A stretch of 64,000 nt of DNA from a virus. The notes under the pieces are model-generated. The model did no database searches. It was not told where the DNA came from and worked only from the letters and a program-made list of their open reading frames with translations. How positions within the stretch are numbered: the stretch's first letter is position 1; every line of letters begins with the position of its first letter. Positions 1 to 9,615 of this stretch are shown piece after piece. The position numbers and the translations under genes were made by a program. The stretch lies in the IMG/VR virus record IMGVR_UViG_3300037130_000236, one strand, 5' to 3'.

Positions 1-57
1 GCCAAGTTCCAGGCCGCACTTGCACCCGCAGCTCCCGCCGTTCCCGCGGCCAGCTAA
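1..57 (+). CDS. 3' end of an upstream gene (partial, ...AKFQAALAPAAPAVPAAS*)
   Basis: Open frame 1 ending in TAA at 55-57, Ala/Pro-rich tail, followed by a hairpin. Confidence 0.5.
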   Translation, partial: AKFQAALAPAAPAVPAAS

Positions 58-68
58 CCAAATCATGT

Positions 69-97
69 CCAGGCGGAGACTGCCGTCTTCCGCCTGG
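69..97 (+). terminator. GC-rich stem-loop after the upstream gene (no clear U-tract)
   Basis: CCAGGCGGAGAC-tgcc-GTCTTCCGCCTGG, one bulge. Confidence 0.45.
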
Positions 98-155
98 CCG
101 ACCCTGAGTCTTTGGTAGATCTCCGCCTTTATCGACACTCGGAAGTGGAGATCCT

Positions 156-764
156 ATGTCCAGTCTGATCGTGATGCCCGGCAGCGAAGAGTTCAAGAAA
201 ACGCTGGCCTCGATAGCAAAGGCGCCGCGCCGCCGGAAGCTTGTACAACCTGTCGACCTCGTAGGTCACACCTTGATGCTGAACACCGCCCTGGTCAAGA
301 CCTTCCAGTGTGGCGGCTTCGTCCTGGGCCCGAACAGGCCCATCGGTATTGTGGACGAACAGTCTCAGCAGATTCCGATTCGCAAGGCATTGGAAGAGAA
401 GAAGCTGATTGACGTCACCGGCAAGGACATGGCCACCAAAGGGTTCAAGGGAACCGGTGGCCAGACCTCGGCAATCACCGAAGAAGACACCGGCAAGAAG
501 GTATTCGTCGGCCGCGATCGCCGCGGCAACCTCTACATCGCAACTCCCAGATCCAAGACTGAAGCCAAGCGGTTCGAGCGCGAAATCCGGACGACTGGCA
601 CGCTCAAGAGCGTTGACTTCGAGACCGAGACCACAGGTCTCTGCGCCATTACCGAAGAGGTAGTGGAATCCAGCGAACAGCCTGTCAAGAAGCCCGCGAA
701 GAAGGTCAAGAAGAATGTCCGCACCCGTCGTACTTCAGGCAACGCCGTCCGATCAAGAAACTGA
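156..764 (+). CDS. Hypothetical phage protein, basic C-terminus
   Basis: 202-aa ORF, GGAG RBS upstream, coding-like codon usage. Confidence 0.75.
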   Translation: MSSLIVMPGSEEFKKTLASIAKAPRRRKLVQPVDLVGHTLMLNTALVKTFQCGGFVLGPNRPIGIVDEQSQQIPIRKALEEKKLIDVTGKDMATKGFKGTGGQTSAITEEDTGKKVFVGRDRRGNLYIATPRSKTEAKRFEREIRTTGTLKSVDFETETTGLCAITEEVVESSEQPVKKPAKKVKKNVRTRRTSGNAVRSRN

Positions 765-1419
765 TGTGGTTCTTGGCCAGGCGATCATCGTCGCTTTCGA
801 CCAGGCGCTCGACACCTCGACGCTGAACGATAGCACGTTCTCGTTGACGTTCCCCGCTCCAACTCAAGTTCTCACATCGGGCCAGCTCGTTGCTGGCGAG
901 GCCGCCCCTTCAACATTCAATGTTGAAGGGGTCTGGTCGTTTGCAGACGACACCACGGGTCGCACGATTGCGACCTTCACACCCACCAGACACTTCCAGG
1001 AGAACACGCTCTACACGGCGATGCTGCTGGGCGCTGATGCGTCCCTTTCGACCGAAGACGTGATGAACCCCGCCGGCGAATCGATGAATGTCAGCTACCA
1101 GTGGACATTCACCACCGGCATTTTGAACCTGCTGACACCTCCACCTGTTTCTCCTCTTCTGGATGCATTTCCAGCCCTTCAGCTCGATCAGATCAAGGTC
1201 ATTCCAAGACGGCGGATTGGCCAGGATTTGAGTCAGTCGTTCGACATTCTGTTTCCAGATGACATCGATCCGACCTCATTCTCGGTCGAGGACCTTTACA
1301 TGAGCATCGAGCCTCTCCTCGGGGATCCTACTGTATCTGTGCCGCAAGCTCTGCAGTATGCAGCCGTCATCACCGGTAACAAAATCCAGATCACGGTCAC
1401 AGGTTGGCCGTCAAGTTAG
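715..1419 (+). CDS. Ig-like (Big_5/SbsA-type) domain virion protein
   Basis: P..DQETDVVLGQAIIVAFDQALDTSTL...YTAMLLG...YQWTFTTG pattern typical of SbsA Ig-like domains. Confidence 0.7.
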   Translation: MSAPVVLQATPSDQETDVVLGQAIIVAFDQALDTSTLNDSTFSLTFPAPTQVLTSGQLVAGEAAPSTFNVEGVWSFADDTTGRTIATFTPTRHFQENTLYTAMLLGADASLSTEDVMNPAGESMNVSYQWTFTTGILNLLTPPPVSPLLDAFPALQLDQIKVIPRRRIGQDLSQSFDILFPDDIDPTSFSVEDLYMSIEPLLGDPTVSVPQALQYAAVITGNKIQITVTGWPSS

Positions 1420-1427
1420 GAAATGAC

Positions 1428-1880
1428 ATGTCACAACTTACACCGCACTTCGCAGACACTGAACCCGGACTGACTGTCCTGGCAGGCGCTGACTCGCACG
1501 TCATCGAGAACGTGACCTTCCTCTGCGAGAAGGTCCTCGAACCCATTCACGACAAGTTCGGAACTGTCCGCGTTCATGACAGCTACCGCGATCCTGGCCA
1601 CAACGCCCAGGTCGGCGGCAAGACAGCTTCCTTCCACCTTTGCATCGGCGGCCACGCCGCCGTCGATGTCGATGCGCCCGCAGTCTCCATGCAGGGTCTC
1701 TTCGACTGGCTGCGTCTCGAAAGCAAGCTTCCCTTCGACAAGGTCATCCTCGAGAAGAACAAGGCTGAAGTTCCGGCCTGCGTTCACATTCAGATCGACC
1801 GCCTCAATCCACCCAGACGCCAGGCATTCATCGGCCACACCGGCGCCGCAACCGTGTACACCCCAGTGGAAGTCAACTAG
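1428..1880 (+). CDS. Peptidase M15 family endolysin (Zn D-Ala-D-Ala peptidase fold)
   Basis: LTPHF, KVLEPIHDKFG..V.DSYR...HNAQVGG..ASFH....AAVD and VHI motifs; start taken at ATG 1428. Confidence 0.85.
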   Translation: MSQLTPHFADTEPGLTVLAGADSHVIENVTFLCEKVLEPIHDKFGTVRVHDSYRDPGHNAQVGGKTASFHLCIGGHAAVDVDAPAVSMQGLFDWLRLESKLPFDKVILEKNKAEVPACVHIQIDRLNPPRRQAFIGHTGAATVYTPVEVN

Positions 1881-1889
1881 GAGACCTTC

Positions 1890-2120
1890 ATGGCATACAG
1901 GATCGATCTGACAACCCGGAACGCTTCCATTGCGATCGTTCTCGGTTTGGACGTTCTCTTCTTCGCCGCCGCGATCGGGGCTTCCGTTCAACCTGCATTT
2001 GCAGACTTGAGCACGAAGCTCTGGGGCCTGTTTGCAGGCACCAACGGCGCGCTGATGCTCGCTCTGAACGCGAGCGGCAACACCCCAACACCCCCAACAC
2101 CAGCAGTGGCAGGCGCGTAA
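1890..2120 (+). CDS. Small two-TM membrane protein, holin candidate
   Basis: 76 aa, two hydrophobic segments, directly after the endolysin, GGAG RBS. Confidence 0.55.
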   Translation: MAYRIDLTTRNASIAIVLGLDVLFFAAAIGASVQPAFADLSTKLWGLFAGTNGALMLALNASGNTPTPPTPAVAGA

Positions 2121-2974
2121 TGAGACGCTTTCATCCTCGCTTTCAAGAACGAGCACTGAGATCCCGCCGGAAGTTCAAGCTTCCGGCGTGGTTCCTGCCT
2201 TTTGTGAAGGTTGCCGTCTTCGCGGTTCCGTTTGCGTTCCTTTGTGTTTGTCTCGGTCTGGCCGGCCTCGAAGCTCGCAAGGCAACCATTGGCTTGGAAG
2301 CCACTGACGCAGCGGCCAAGAACTTCATCGTTGACACCCAACAGCAGGTACATGTTGTGGGCAACAACACTAACCACCTCATTGTTGAGGCAGGTCTCAC
2401 CGCAAAGGAAGCGCGCCTGGCCGCTACTTCCCAACGCCAGTTCTGGGATAACGAAGTTCCTGTCCTGGCTGCCCGCGCGAACGGAACCTTTGACCGCACC
2501 GATGCGCTGCTTGCCTCCTTCCGCAAGACCTCAGACGGTCTCGACGCCGATCTGACCACCATTACGAACGACATTACTGACACGACAACCACGCTCAAAC
2601 CAGCCTTGGTCGCCACCGCCGCCGCCGCCACATCCGCATCGAACATGGCCCAGCAGGCCAGCAAGGATCTTGCCGATCCCAACATTCCGGCAACTCTGAA
2701 GAACATCAATGACGGTACTCATCAAATTGCTCTCACATCTGGTTCCGTTGCTCACACTGCTGACAATCTGGATCGCAAGGTCGACAAGATGCTTCACCCA
2801 GGATTCTGGGGAGCCGTCAAGGCCTACACCGTGTTCGGGGCCCAGCTCGCCACCGACGCAATCGAGATGCACTACTACCTGTTCTCAGTCGCCCCAGGTG
2901 CAACCGTCCAGACCGTCAAAGCAGCTGTCACGCACATCGCCAAACCCCTCACTCACCGGCCAGCAGCCAAGTAG
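2120..2974 (+). CDS. Membrane-anchored coiled-coil protein (spanin/MlaD-like), lysis cassette
   Basis: Basic N-terminus, TM helix, long Ala/Thr heptad region; TAATG coupling to the upstream gene. Confidence 0.55.
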   Translation: MRRFHPRFQERALRSRRKFKLPAWFLPFVKVAVFAVPFAFLCVCLGLAGLEARKATIGLEATDAAAKNFIVDTQQQVHVVGNNTNHLIVEAGLTAKEARLAATSQRQFWDNEVPVLAARANGTFDRTDALLASFRKTSDGLDADLTTITNDITDTTTTLKPALVATAAAATSASNMAQQASKDLADPNIPATLKNINDGTHQIALTSGSVAHTADNLDRKVDKMLHPGFWGAVKAYTVFGAQLATDAIEMHYYLFSVAPGATVQTVKAAVTHIAKPLTHRPAAK

Positions 2975-3026
2975 CTTTGGTAGTTCGGACCAACGCGCCA
3001 CACTCACGATAGGAGATACACCCGTT

Positions 3027-3371
3027 ATGAACATTTCATTCAAGTCCCTCGGACACGCCTTCGCCACCGCATTCAAATGGGTGGCCAACAATGCGCCCGC
3101 CGACATTGCCAAGATCGAAGCCACCAAGACCGTTGTGGATGAGGTTCTTCCCGAAGTCCCGACATACGGTGGGGTTGCAACCTCTCTGGCCGATCTCGGC
3201 TATGCCGCGTTGGGCGAGATTGCTTCGGTCATCACCACAGGCACTGCTGCCCAGAAGCAGTCGCTCTCGGACGCAGGTCTGGACAACAGTGTGATCACCG
3301 CCATTGAAACAGCCGTGAAGGGCTTCGGATCGATCGGCGGCTTCATCGCATCCCTCGTGTCCAAGAAGTAA
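3027..3371 (+). CDS. Hypothetical amphipathic protein (114 aa)
   Basis: AGGAG RBS then ATG 3027, within the 2709..3371 ORF. Confidence 0.7.
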   Translation: MNISFKSLGHAFATAFKWVANNAPADIAKIEATKTVVDEVLPEVPTYGGVATSLADLGYAALGEIASVITTGTAAQKQSLSDAGLDNSVITAIETAVKGFGSIGGFIASLVSKK

Positions 3372-3378
3372 CGACAGG

Positions 3379-3391
3379 CCTAACAGTTAGG
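3379..3391. promoter_or_regulatory. Operator-like palindrome CCTAACAGTTAGG
   Basis: CTAACNGTTAG core, repeated at 7602 and 52871, all at gene junctions. Confidence 0.55.
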
Positions 3392-3423
3392 TGGATCGCG
3401 TGTAGTGATCTTCAACAAAGCAG

Positions 3424-3452
3424 GAGGGCGGCTAATCCCGCCCTCTTGTTTC
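3424..3452 (+). terminator. Rho-independent terminator
   Basis: GAGGGCGG-ctaatc-CCGCCCTC followed by TTGTTTC. Confidence 0.7.
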
Positions 3453-3471
3453 ATGTCCCGCCGGAGTCTTC

Positions 3472-4119
3472 ATGATCTATCCAGGTGATACACACCAAAT
3501 CGTCTTCTCCCTTTCGCACGCAAACGGTACTACTCCTTCTGTGACCACGGCGCCCCTCGTCACGGTGATCAACCTGACGACAGGTGCGGCTGTTGTGACC
3601 GCCGCGGCGATGACTCTGGTTGCCGGAACCTGCCTGGTCTACTCCTATGCGTGGAATACGGCCGGCATGCTGAATGGTGACTATCTGGCAGTTGTTTCCT
3701 ACGCCGCCGACGGCAACACCGTCAACGGCCAGTACCTTGATCAGATCCGGCTGGGCGACACCAACATCCCCGGACCGGTGGCCCTCAACGCTACCGCGGC
3801 ACTCGATGCTACCGTGGCCAAGGACGCAACCGTGGCTCATCTCACGGATCTGGCGACGATCAACCCCAATACATCGTCCGTCATCCTGGCCATCCAGGCC
3901 AAGACGGCCAACTTGCCGGCTATCCCCGCCGCCCAGTCCGATGTAACCGCGCTGGTTCAGTTTCTCACCGACATTCACGACACGGTTTTGGGCACCTGGA
4001 TTGTCGACAAGACCCAGAATCCGAAGGTCCTGTCGTTTCTGCGGCTCAACGGAAGCACTCTCGCCACCTTCACGGTGACCGAGGACGACAATTCCGCGGC
4101 GCGCACGGTCAGCGCATAA
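3472..4119 (+). CDS. Hypothetical virion protein (beta-sandwich N-terminus)
   Basis: 215-aa Thr/Ala/Val-rich ORF with GGAG RBS. Confidence 0.7.
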   Translation: MIYPGDTHQIVFSLSHANGTTPSVTTAPLVTVINLTTGAAVVTAAAMTLVAGTCLVYSYAWNTAGMLNGDYLAVVSYAADGNTVNGQYLDQIRLGDTNIPGPVALNATAALDATVAKDATVAHLTDLATINPNTSSVILAIQAKTANLPAIPAAQSDVTALVQFLTDIHDTVLGTWIVDKTQNPKVLSFLRLNGSTLATFTVTEDDNSAARTVSA

Positions 4120-4127
4120 AGAAGCCA

Positions 4128-4144
4128 TCTTCCTATACTAGACA
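4128..4144 (+). promoter_or_regulatory. Putative phage late-promoter motif TCTTCCTATACTAGACA
   Basis: 17-bp exact match to 6821..6837; core also at 33285 and 57986; intergenic and upstream of genes. Confidence 0.65.
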
Positions 4145-4195
4145 CGACTGAGGGAGCGTTGTGCTCCCTCCATCCTCCCTCTAGGACGTCCACCC

Positions 4196-4513
4196 ATGGC
4201 CCTTTCTCAAGCAGCTGAAACCGAGCTTTTGACCAAAGTTCGAGAGATTCACGCAGTCTTCATTGGTATCGAAGGCCAGCCCGGCAGGTTTCAGGACCTG
4301 ACAGCAACAGTACATGCGCAAGGCAAGCGGCTTCGCGTGACCGAACGGTTTCAGTGGGTCTTGACCGGAGGTGGAATCGTTCTGGGTTTCATCGCCTATC
4401 ACTTCGAGCACCTTCTGAATGCGGTGCTGGAGATCAAGAAACTGGTCCCTGCGGTTCCCGCGGGTCAGGTCACGACAGGGTTCCTGCGTATTCCGGAGTT
4501 CTGGAGACTGTAA
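4196..4513 (+). CDS. Holin/XhlA-like small membrane protein
   Basis: Short coiled coil followed by one TM segment (WVLTGGGIVLGFIAY). Confidence 0.5.
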   Translation: MALSQAAETELLTKVREIHAVFIGIEGQPGRFQDLTATVHAQGKRLRVTERFQWVLTGGGIVLGFIAYHFEHLLNAVLEIKKLVPAVPAGQVTTGFLRIPEFWRL

Positions 4514-4818
4514 TGAGCAGTGTTGGTAGCCCGCTTTCCTATACCGTTCCTGTCAGCCAGGACTACGGCGCAAGCGGGGCGCTCAGACCCTCCTATCCCA
4601 ACCTTCCCAGCTTCGTCCTCTACGCATTCCTCAGCTCAGACTGGTGTGTTGGCAACACCGACCCGGCCTATGCTCGAGGAGCCTACCAGTTGGATTCGAC
4701 CGGAAACTGGCTTCTCAACCTGTTGCCGAATACCTACAATCTCGTGCTCATGAACGGGACCGGAACTGTGATTGTCTTCCAGTTCAACCTGGTGATCACG
4801 CTGCCTGCGAGCTCCTAA
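4513..4818 (+). CDS. Hypothetical protein (101 aa)
   Basis: TAATG overlap with the upstream stop; start taken at ATG 4513. Confidence 0.65.
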   Translation: MSSVGSPLSYTVPVSQDYGASGALRPSYPNLPSFVLYAFLSSDWCVGNTDPAYARGAYQLDSTGNWLLNLLPNTYNLVLMNGTGTVIVFQFNLVITLPASS

Positions 4819-4820
4819 TC

Positions 4821-5552
4821 ATGCAGAATCTGATCTTCCACATCTCGTTGCCCAAGGGCATCAAGCTGGTGAATGGCGCGACCTTGATGAAGGACGTGAC
4901 CTTCGACTTCATCAGCCAGATCACCCCGTACTACTCGACCATCGATATGGTCCGCCTGGCTGCCGGCCCGACCCTCAAGAAGCTCTCCGACATCACCATC
5001 GCCTGTCAGATCTACCGGTCCAGCAATGAGGCGGATCTGATCACGGCAGCCCGTGTTCCTCTTTCAGGTCTGCAGCACACTCGCTTGATTGGCAGCCGGC
5101 TGCAATACGTGACAGCATTGGCTTCCCGCGATCTGATGCTGAACGTGGTCTCGCTACTGGGCCCCGGCGCTCATGTGCTGGCAAACTTCTCCGTCGATCG
5201 CAAAGCGGACAATAAGCAGCGTCTGGCTGAGTTTGAGGATTCTCTCAAACTCTACGAGGTGGTTCTCCGCAGCGGCGGCCGGGTGATGCCAGGCGGCCGT
5301 CCAGACTTCCACTTCGCTGCCAAAGGCGTTCTGGACTGGGCGGAGCGCACACCGGCGCGCACCTGGTTCGCCAACGGCATGGGAGCCAATGCCAGTTCGA
5401 TGGACCCCGGATCTCCGACCGGCGGCCGCGGCAAGCCCATCAAGTTCTTCGCATCCCCGACGTGCTCCCCGCCAATGTCCTCCATGCGCATCGGCGTCTA
5501 CCAGCCGGGCTTCCCCGTCTCCCAGTTCTATCCGTACGCGATGGGACAGTAA
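4821..5552 (+). CDS. Putative neck / head-tail connector protein
   Basis: Position before the head-closure-like gene; start taken at ATG 4821; PYYSTIDMVR motif style of large-phage neck proteins. Confidence 0.5.
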   Translation: MQNLIFHISLPKGIKLVNGATLMKDVTFDFISQITPYYSTIDMVRLAAGPTLKKLSDITIACQIYRSSNEADLITAARVPLSGLQHTRLIGSRLQYVTALASRDLMLNVVSLLGPGAHVLANFSVDRKADNKQRLAEFEDSLKLYEVVLRSGGRVMPGGRPDFHFAAKGVLDWAERTPARTWFANGMGANASSMDPGSPTGGRGKPIKFFASPTCSPPMSSMRIGVYQPGFPVSQFYPYAMGQ

Positions 5553-5570
5553 GAGGACTGGAGTTGAACT

Positions 5571-6155
5571 GTGGACTTCTACCGGGACATCTCGGCGACC
5601 ATCGACCTGCGCGAGGAGCTGCACTCCGTAATTCATGGCAGTGAGGAGATTGTTGGACAAGGGCGTACCGTGATCCTGCGCCGGATGACCAACACAACCT
5701 GCCCCGGCTGCTGGGATCCAAAGACAGGCGGAAGCGTCCGGCCCAACTGTCGGTATTGCCAAGGCGAAGGCTGGCAGTTCTATGAGACCCAGGAGGTCAT
5801 GGCGCTCTACCGCGGCGTGGCTCCTGTCTACAAGCCTGGAGTCTTGGCCACTGGTGAGTATCCCCAGAATGCCATGGGCTACACAGATCAGAACCGATGC
5901 ACCGCCTATGTGGAGGTCTTTCGGGATGACGGCAGCCAAGTCTATCCCGACTACGAAAGGTACACCCTCCAGACTGCCAAGGCCTACGACAAACTCTACG
6001 AAACGAAGGTCGATCCGGAAGGCAACCCCATCACCGATTCCAGCGGGCGTTTTACCCGGACGGTCAAATGGAAGGTACTCTCGGTAGTGCCCACCTTCGG
6101 AGATAACGGGCGCATCGAGTTTTGGGAGCTTGGATTGGAAAAAGAAAACGTTTAG
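5571..6155 (+). CDS. Putative head-closure / neck protein with Zn finger
   Basis: CPGCWD...NCRYCQGEGW zinc-binding motif; C-terminal DNGRIEFW; position before the tail terminator. Confidence 0.6.
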   Translation: MDFYRDISATIDLREELHSVIHGSEEIVGQGRTVILRRMTNTTCPGCWDPKTGGSVRPNCRYCQGEGWQFYETQEVMALYRGVAPVYKPGVLATGEYPQNAMGYTDQNRCTAYVEVFRDDGSQVYPDYERYTLQTAKAYDKLYETKVDPEGNPITDSSGRFTRTVKWKVLSVVPTFGDNGRIEFWELGLEKENV

Positions 6156-6168
6156 AATCAACGTGATA

Positions 6169-6177
6169 TGGTATAAT
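6169..6177 (+). promoter_or_regulatory. Extended -10 sigma70 promoter (TGgTATAAT), likely leaderless transcript of the HNH gene
   Basis: Perfect TGnTATAAT ending 6 nt before ATG 6184; no SD. Confidence 0.55.
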
Positions 6178-6183
6178 AAGGCG

Positions 6184-6798
6184 ATGGCAAGACCAAAGGG
6201 AATACCGATGAGTGAGGAAGCCAAAGACCTCATTCGCCAGTTTCAGAAGGGTCGAACACGTTCTCCTGAAACAAGAGCAAGGATGTCTGTTGCAGCAAAG
6301 CTCCGCTCAGAAGAACATTATGCCAACTCCCGTTCGCCAGAAGCTCGTGCAAAAGCCAGCGCAAAGATGAAAGGTCGCAAACCCTGGCACTCACTTCGGC
6401 CTACAACGGAAGCTTTTCGCGAATCTCGGCGCCTCATCAACCTTGGTCGACCCAAATCTATCGAAACTCGTCTCAAAATGGCAGAGGCCAGGCGTGGTGA
6501 GAAGTCCCATCTTTGGAAGGGTGGACTTTCGAAAGAACACTATCGCGAACGCCAAAACGCCATGCAGACTGTGGAATACAGACTGTGGAAGGAATCCGTC
6601 TTCAATCAAGCTGGCAACATCTGTGCGTTGGAAGATGAGACGTGTTCTGGACCTCTTCAGGCCCATCACATTCAATCTTGGACCGAGTTTCCAGAGCTGC
6701 GATACGAGCTCTCCAATGGTCAGTGCTTGTGCAAAGATCACCATCAAAGGACCGACAACTTCGCAGGCCGAGCCCTCGCTCTAACTAAGGCCGCGTAA
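6184..6798 (+). CDS. HNH homing endonuclease with NUMOD3 repeats
   Basis: RSPETRARMS/KSIETRLKMA repeats, HLWKGG, C..LQAHHI....PELRYELSNGQCLCKDHH. Confidence 0.9.
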   Translation: MARPKGIPMSEEAKDLIRQFQKGRTRSPETRARMSVAAKLRSEEHYANSRSPEARAKASAKMKGRKPWHSLRPTTEAFRESRRLINLGRPKSIETRLKMAEARRGEKSHLWKGGLSKEHYRERQNAMQTVEYRLWKESVFNQAGNICALEDETCSGPLQAHHIQSWTEFPELRYELSNGQCLCKDHHQRTDNFAGRALALTKAA

Positions 6799-6820
6799 CC
6801 GAATTACCAGTCTGGTCGTG

Positions 6821-6837
6821 TCTTCCTATACTAGACA
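6821..6837 (+). promoter_or_regulatory. Putative phage late-promoter motif TCTTCCTATACTAGACA
   Basis: Identical to 4128..4144; sits right after the HNH gene. Confidence 0.65.
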
Positions 6838-6870
6838 GGATTGCCGGGGCTTTCCCCGCGAGGAGCGTGC

Positions 6871-7593
6871 ATGTCTGCAATCACCAGGCCCTCCTCGATC
6901 TTGCCTCCGCTGCGTTCGAGCAAGCCCGCGGCAGACATCAACGGCTTCTTCCAGATTGTCGGGCAGGCTCTCGCAGAGTTCATCAAGACGGAAGGTGCTC
7001 CCGAGGGAACAGTCCCTGTTTACGTGGAGACCTTCCCGAAGGAACGGCTCTCAGAGCCGGACACAGCGTTCGACGTCATTCTCTTCCATGTAGTCAGCGG
7101 TGAGATGGCGCCTACAAGCAATGACGGCGCTACTGTTCCCCGTTCGCCAATGCTTCGGAACGTCGCAAGAATCCCGAGCCAGGCAGGGTACAACCTGGCG
7201 CAGTACGGCTGGTGGGAGAACTACACCGTCGAGTTTGAGGTTTGGTCGAAGAGCAACTCTGTGGCCAATTCCCTGGCAGTATGGTTTCATCGCTTTCTGA
7301 TTCGGTATGCCTATTACTACAAGTTCTTCGAGGCATTTGGAGTCCAGCAATTCAAGTTCGCAGGACGCCAGGAAGATAAGTCCGACGAGAAAGAGAATCA
7401 AGAGCTCCAAATCCGTCGGCTTCGGTACTCGTTCCGCCTGGAGTTCCTTGACACCTTCACAGAGCGGCAGCTTACCGACCTGACTCTGAACTTCAAGATC
7501 AAGCGGGACGTTCAAACCGTTGAACTTGACACCGCTCAACAACACAACGCGGAACACGAACGTTTCCGATTTCCTGTGTCCAACCCTGTGTAG
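6871..7593 (+). CDS. Putative tail terminator / tail completion protein
   Basis: GAGGAG RBS then ATG 6871; VEFEVWSKSNSVANSLAVWF and RRLRYSFR pattern; directly before the sheath. Confidence 0.6.
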   Translation: MSAITRPSSILPPLRSSKPAADINGFFQIVGQALAEFIKTEGAPEGTVPVYVETFPKERLSEPDTAFDVILFHVVSGEMAPTSNDGATVPRSPMLRNVARIPSQAGYNLAQYGWWENYTVEFEVWSKSNSVANSLAVWFHRFLIRYAYYYKFFEAFGVQQFKFAGRQEDKSDEKENQELQIRRLRYSFRLEFLDTFTERQLTDLTLNFKIKRDVQTVELDTAQQHNAEHERFRFPVSNPV

Positions 7594-7600
7594 GTTACAG

Positions 7601-7613
7601 ACTAACCGTTAGT
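7601..7613. promoter_or_regulatory. Operator-like palindrome ACTAACCGTTAGT
   Basis: CTAACNGTTAG core in the gap before the sheath gene. Confidence 0.55.
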
Positions 7614-7645
7614 TTGTTGACCCGAGATCTACGAGGAGAAACAGA

Positions 7646-9577
7646 ATGGCCTTCAATAACCTGCCTGGGATTATCGTCAACACGGTTGACGGAGGTCTCG
7701 TCTCTGCCGCTCCGCCGCAGGACCACTCTATCCTGATTATCGGCACATGCGACCAGGGCGTGATCAATCAGCCTTACCAGGTCACCAACCGCGCGACGGC
7801 GGCTCTCCAATTCGGTCTGAACGGAAACCTGATCCGTTCGATGGAAGAGTGTGCTGCGAACTCTGACAACATCATTCTGTTTCGTATGGGTGCTCAGCCT
7901 CAAGTCCTGGCGGGCATCGGTGTGGAGACGGGTACCGGTGCGACTGCTGGCTTTTCATTGAGCTTCGGGCAGGCCACCGCGACGTCTGCCACCGATTACA
8001 AGATCTGGTACAAGGCCGGCGTTGTGGCCGTGTACTACCAGGGTGATCTGGAGTATTCGAACGATCCTCTTCAGACCACGGACAACGGTGACATCACCAT
8101 TGCCGGAACCATCTCCGGCAACACCGGCCTTCAACTCGGTACAGGTACGAGCGCCACCTTCGCAAACGCGATCACGGTGCAGGCCGCAGCCGCGTTGGTT
8201 GGTGCAACTTCGACTCCTGCCCCGACCTTGACCGCTGCCGTCACCGGCATCGGCCTGACGGGCCGCCAGACCTACCTCGCCTTTCTGGATGCAATCAACC
8301 TTCTGCAAGGGTTCCAGGTTGAGGAAGTTGTGGTTCCCGCCGCGACGTTCGATGCGCCGAATGTGGCTTTCTACTCGGCTGGCAACACAGCGACAGCCAC
8401 CAACAACCCGGCAACCAACCCCAATGCTCTTGACTGGCTTTTGATCGCGCGCGATGCCTACGGCGACCAGACCTATCAGTGGGCTTCGGAAGCCAATGCC
8501 TGGGCCAACGGTGCCCAAGTTACCACCTTCCCCGCCGGACTTACCGCTCAGACTGTGGCCGGAACTTCGATTCCGATCACGGCCGGCGCAGTTACGGCGA
8601 TGCCCGGGACGGTTTCGACCGCTTCCGCGCGCCAGGCGCTCGGCTTTGCCGAAGTCAACTGGGGCCATGCAATCGCCAGCTTCTGCGCATCGATCAGTAC
8701 GCTGGACAAGACCTGCATCGGTTTCATCGGCACGTCCGTCCCCGCTACCTACAAGCTGGTGGATGTTCGTCGGTGGGTCGGCTTCCTGCCCCTTTACAAC
8801 GCCAATGACGACGTGCAAAATCCCGGTGCCGGCCTGCTCGGTATCCCCTACACCGTCGGGACCAACGCCAGCGGCTTGAACGCACTTTGCTTTGACTTCA
8901 GCTCTGGCTATCGCCAACCTGGCTTCTTCCAGACCGAGAACGGACAGTATGACGGCACCGTCATGCAGGACATCAACCAGAACAACATCGACGTCGGTGC
9001 GTACCTGCACGTTGTGGCCGATCAGGCCATCATGTCGAATGGATATGCCACCAACTATGTGAGCAATCTGGCCAACTATGTCGCCGGCTTCTGCTCGGCT
9101 CTCGACGAGAAGACCGCGCTGACCAACCAGAAGGTGCCGCTCAAGCAGCTGCCGGGCCTGATCTACACACCCGGACAGCTCGACTCCCTGACCCAGGCGA
9201 ATATCAATGTGCTCCGCACCAAGGGATCCTACAGCAACCCCGCGCTGCTGCATGACTTCACCTGCGCCACGGACATCAGCGATTACACCGAACTGCTTCG
9301 TGTTCGCATCAAGGGCCTGGTGATTGCGACGATGCTTGCGATCGGCGATCCGTTTGTCGGAGCCAGTTCGCTCGACGGCCTCCAGCTCGTGTCGCTCAAG
9401 ACCGCTCTGGACAATGGCCTGGTGGCCCTGCAGCAACGTGGCTACATCTCGAATCCGCAGGTGACCATCACCACGACCGCTGCCGAATCTCTGATCGGGC
9501 ATGCCAACCTGTTCCTCACCTTCCATCCGGCTGATGAACTCGTTCAGCTCAGCGCCTACGTCGGCCTGAGTTCGTAA
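7646..9577 (+). CDS. Contractile tail sheath protein
   Basis: 643 aa; N-terminal LPGIIVNTVDG..ILIIGT; sheath C-domain (QLDSLTQANINVLR..DYTELLRVRI..DPFVG..PADELVQL). Confidence 0.9.
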   Translation: MAFNNLPGIIVNTVDGGLVSAAPPQDHSILIIGTCDQGVINQPYQVTNRATAALQFGLNGNLIRSMEECAANSDNIILFRMGAQPQVLAGIGVETGTGATAGFSLSFGQATATSATDYKIWYKAGVVAVYYQGDLEYSNDPLQTTDNGDITIAGTISGNTGLQLGTGTSATFANAITVQAAAALVGATSTPAPTLTAAVTGIGLTGRQTYLAFLDAINLLQGFQVEEVVVPAATFDAPNVAFYSAGNTATATNNPATNPNALDWLLIARDAYGDQTYQWASEANAWANGAQVTTFPAGLTAQTVAGTSIPITAGAVTAMPGTVSTASARQALGFAEVNWGHAIASFCASISTLDKTCIGFIGTSVPATYKLVDVRRWVGFLPLYNANDDVQNPGAGLLGIPYTVGTNASGLNALCFDFSSGYRQPGFFQTENGQYDGTVMQDINQNNIDVGAYLHVVADQAIMSNGYATNYVSNLANYVAGFCSALDEKTALTNQKVPLKQLPGLIYTPGQLDSLTQANINVLRTKGSYSNPALLHDFTCATDISDYTELLRVRIKGLVIATMLAIGDPFVGASSLDGLQLVSLKTALDNGLVALQQRGYISNPQVTITTTAAESLIGHANLFLTFHPADELVQLSAYVGLSS

Positions 9578-9615
9578 GCCAACCTCACCTACCGTGGCTA
9601 ACCTGCCGCGGTCTG

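Noticed and set aside
2709-3026. Out-of-frame ORF start inside the coiled-coil gene, as an Rz1-like embedded o-spanin
   Set aside because: The hydrophobic stretch ends in STRC, not a lipobox; the ORF is better explained by the ATG at 3027 with its own RBS.
7955-9526. Long antisense ORFs (e.g. 7955..9526, 13081..14550, 42345-type extensions, 56244..58025)
   Set aside because: Shadow frames of high-GC coding genes, with no motifs or RBS.
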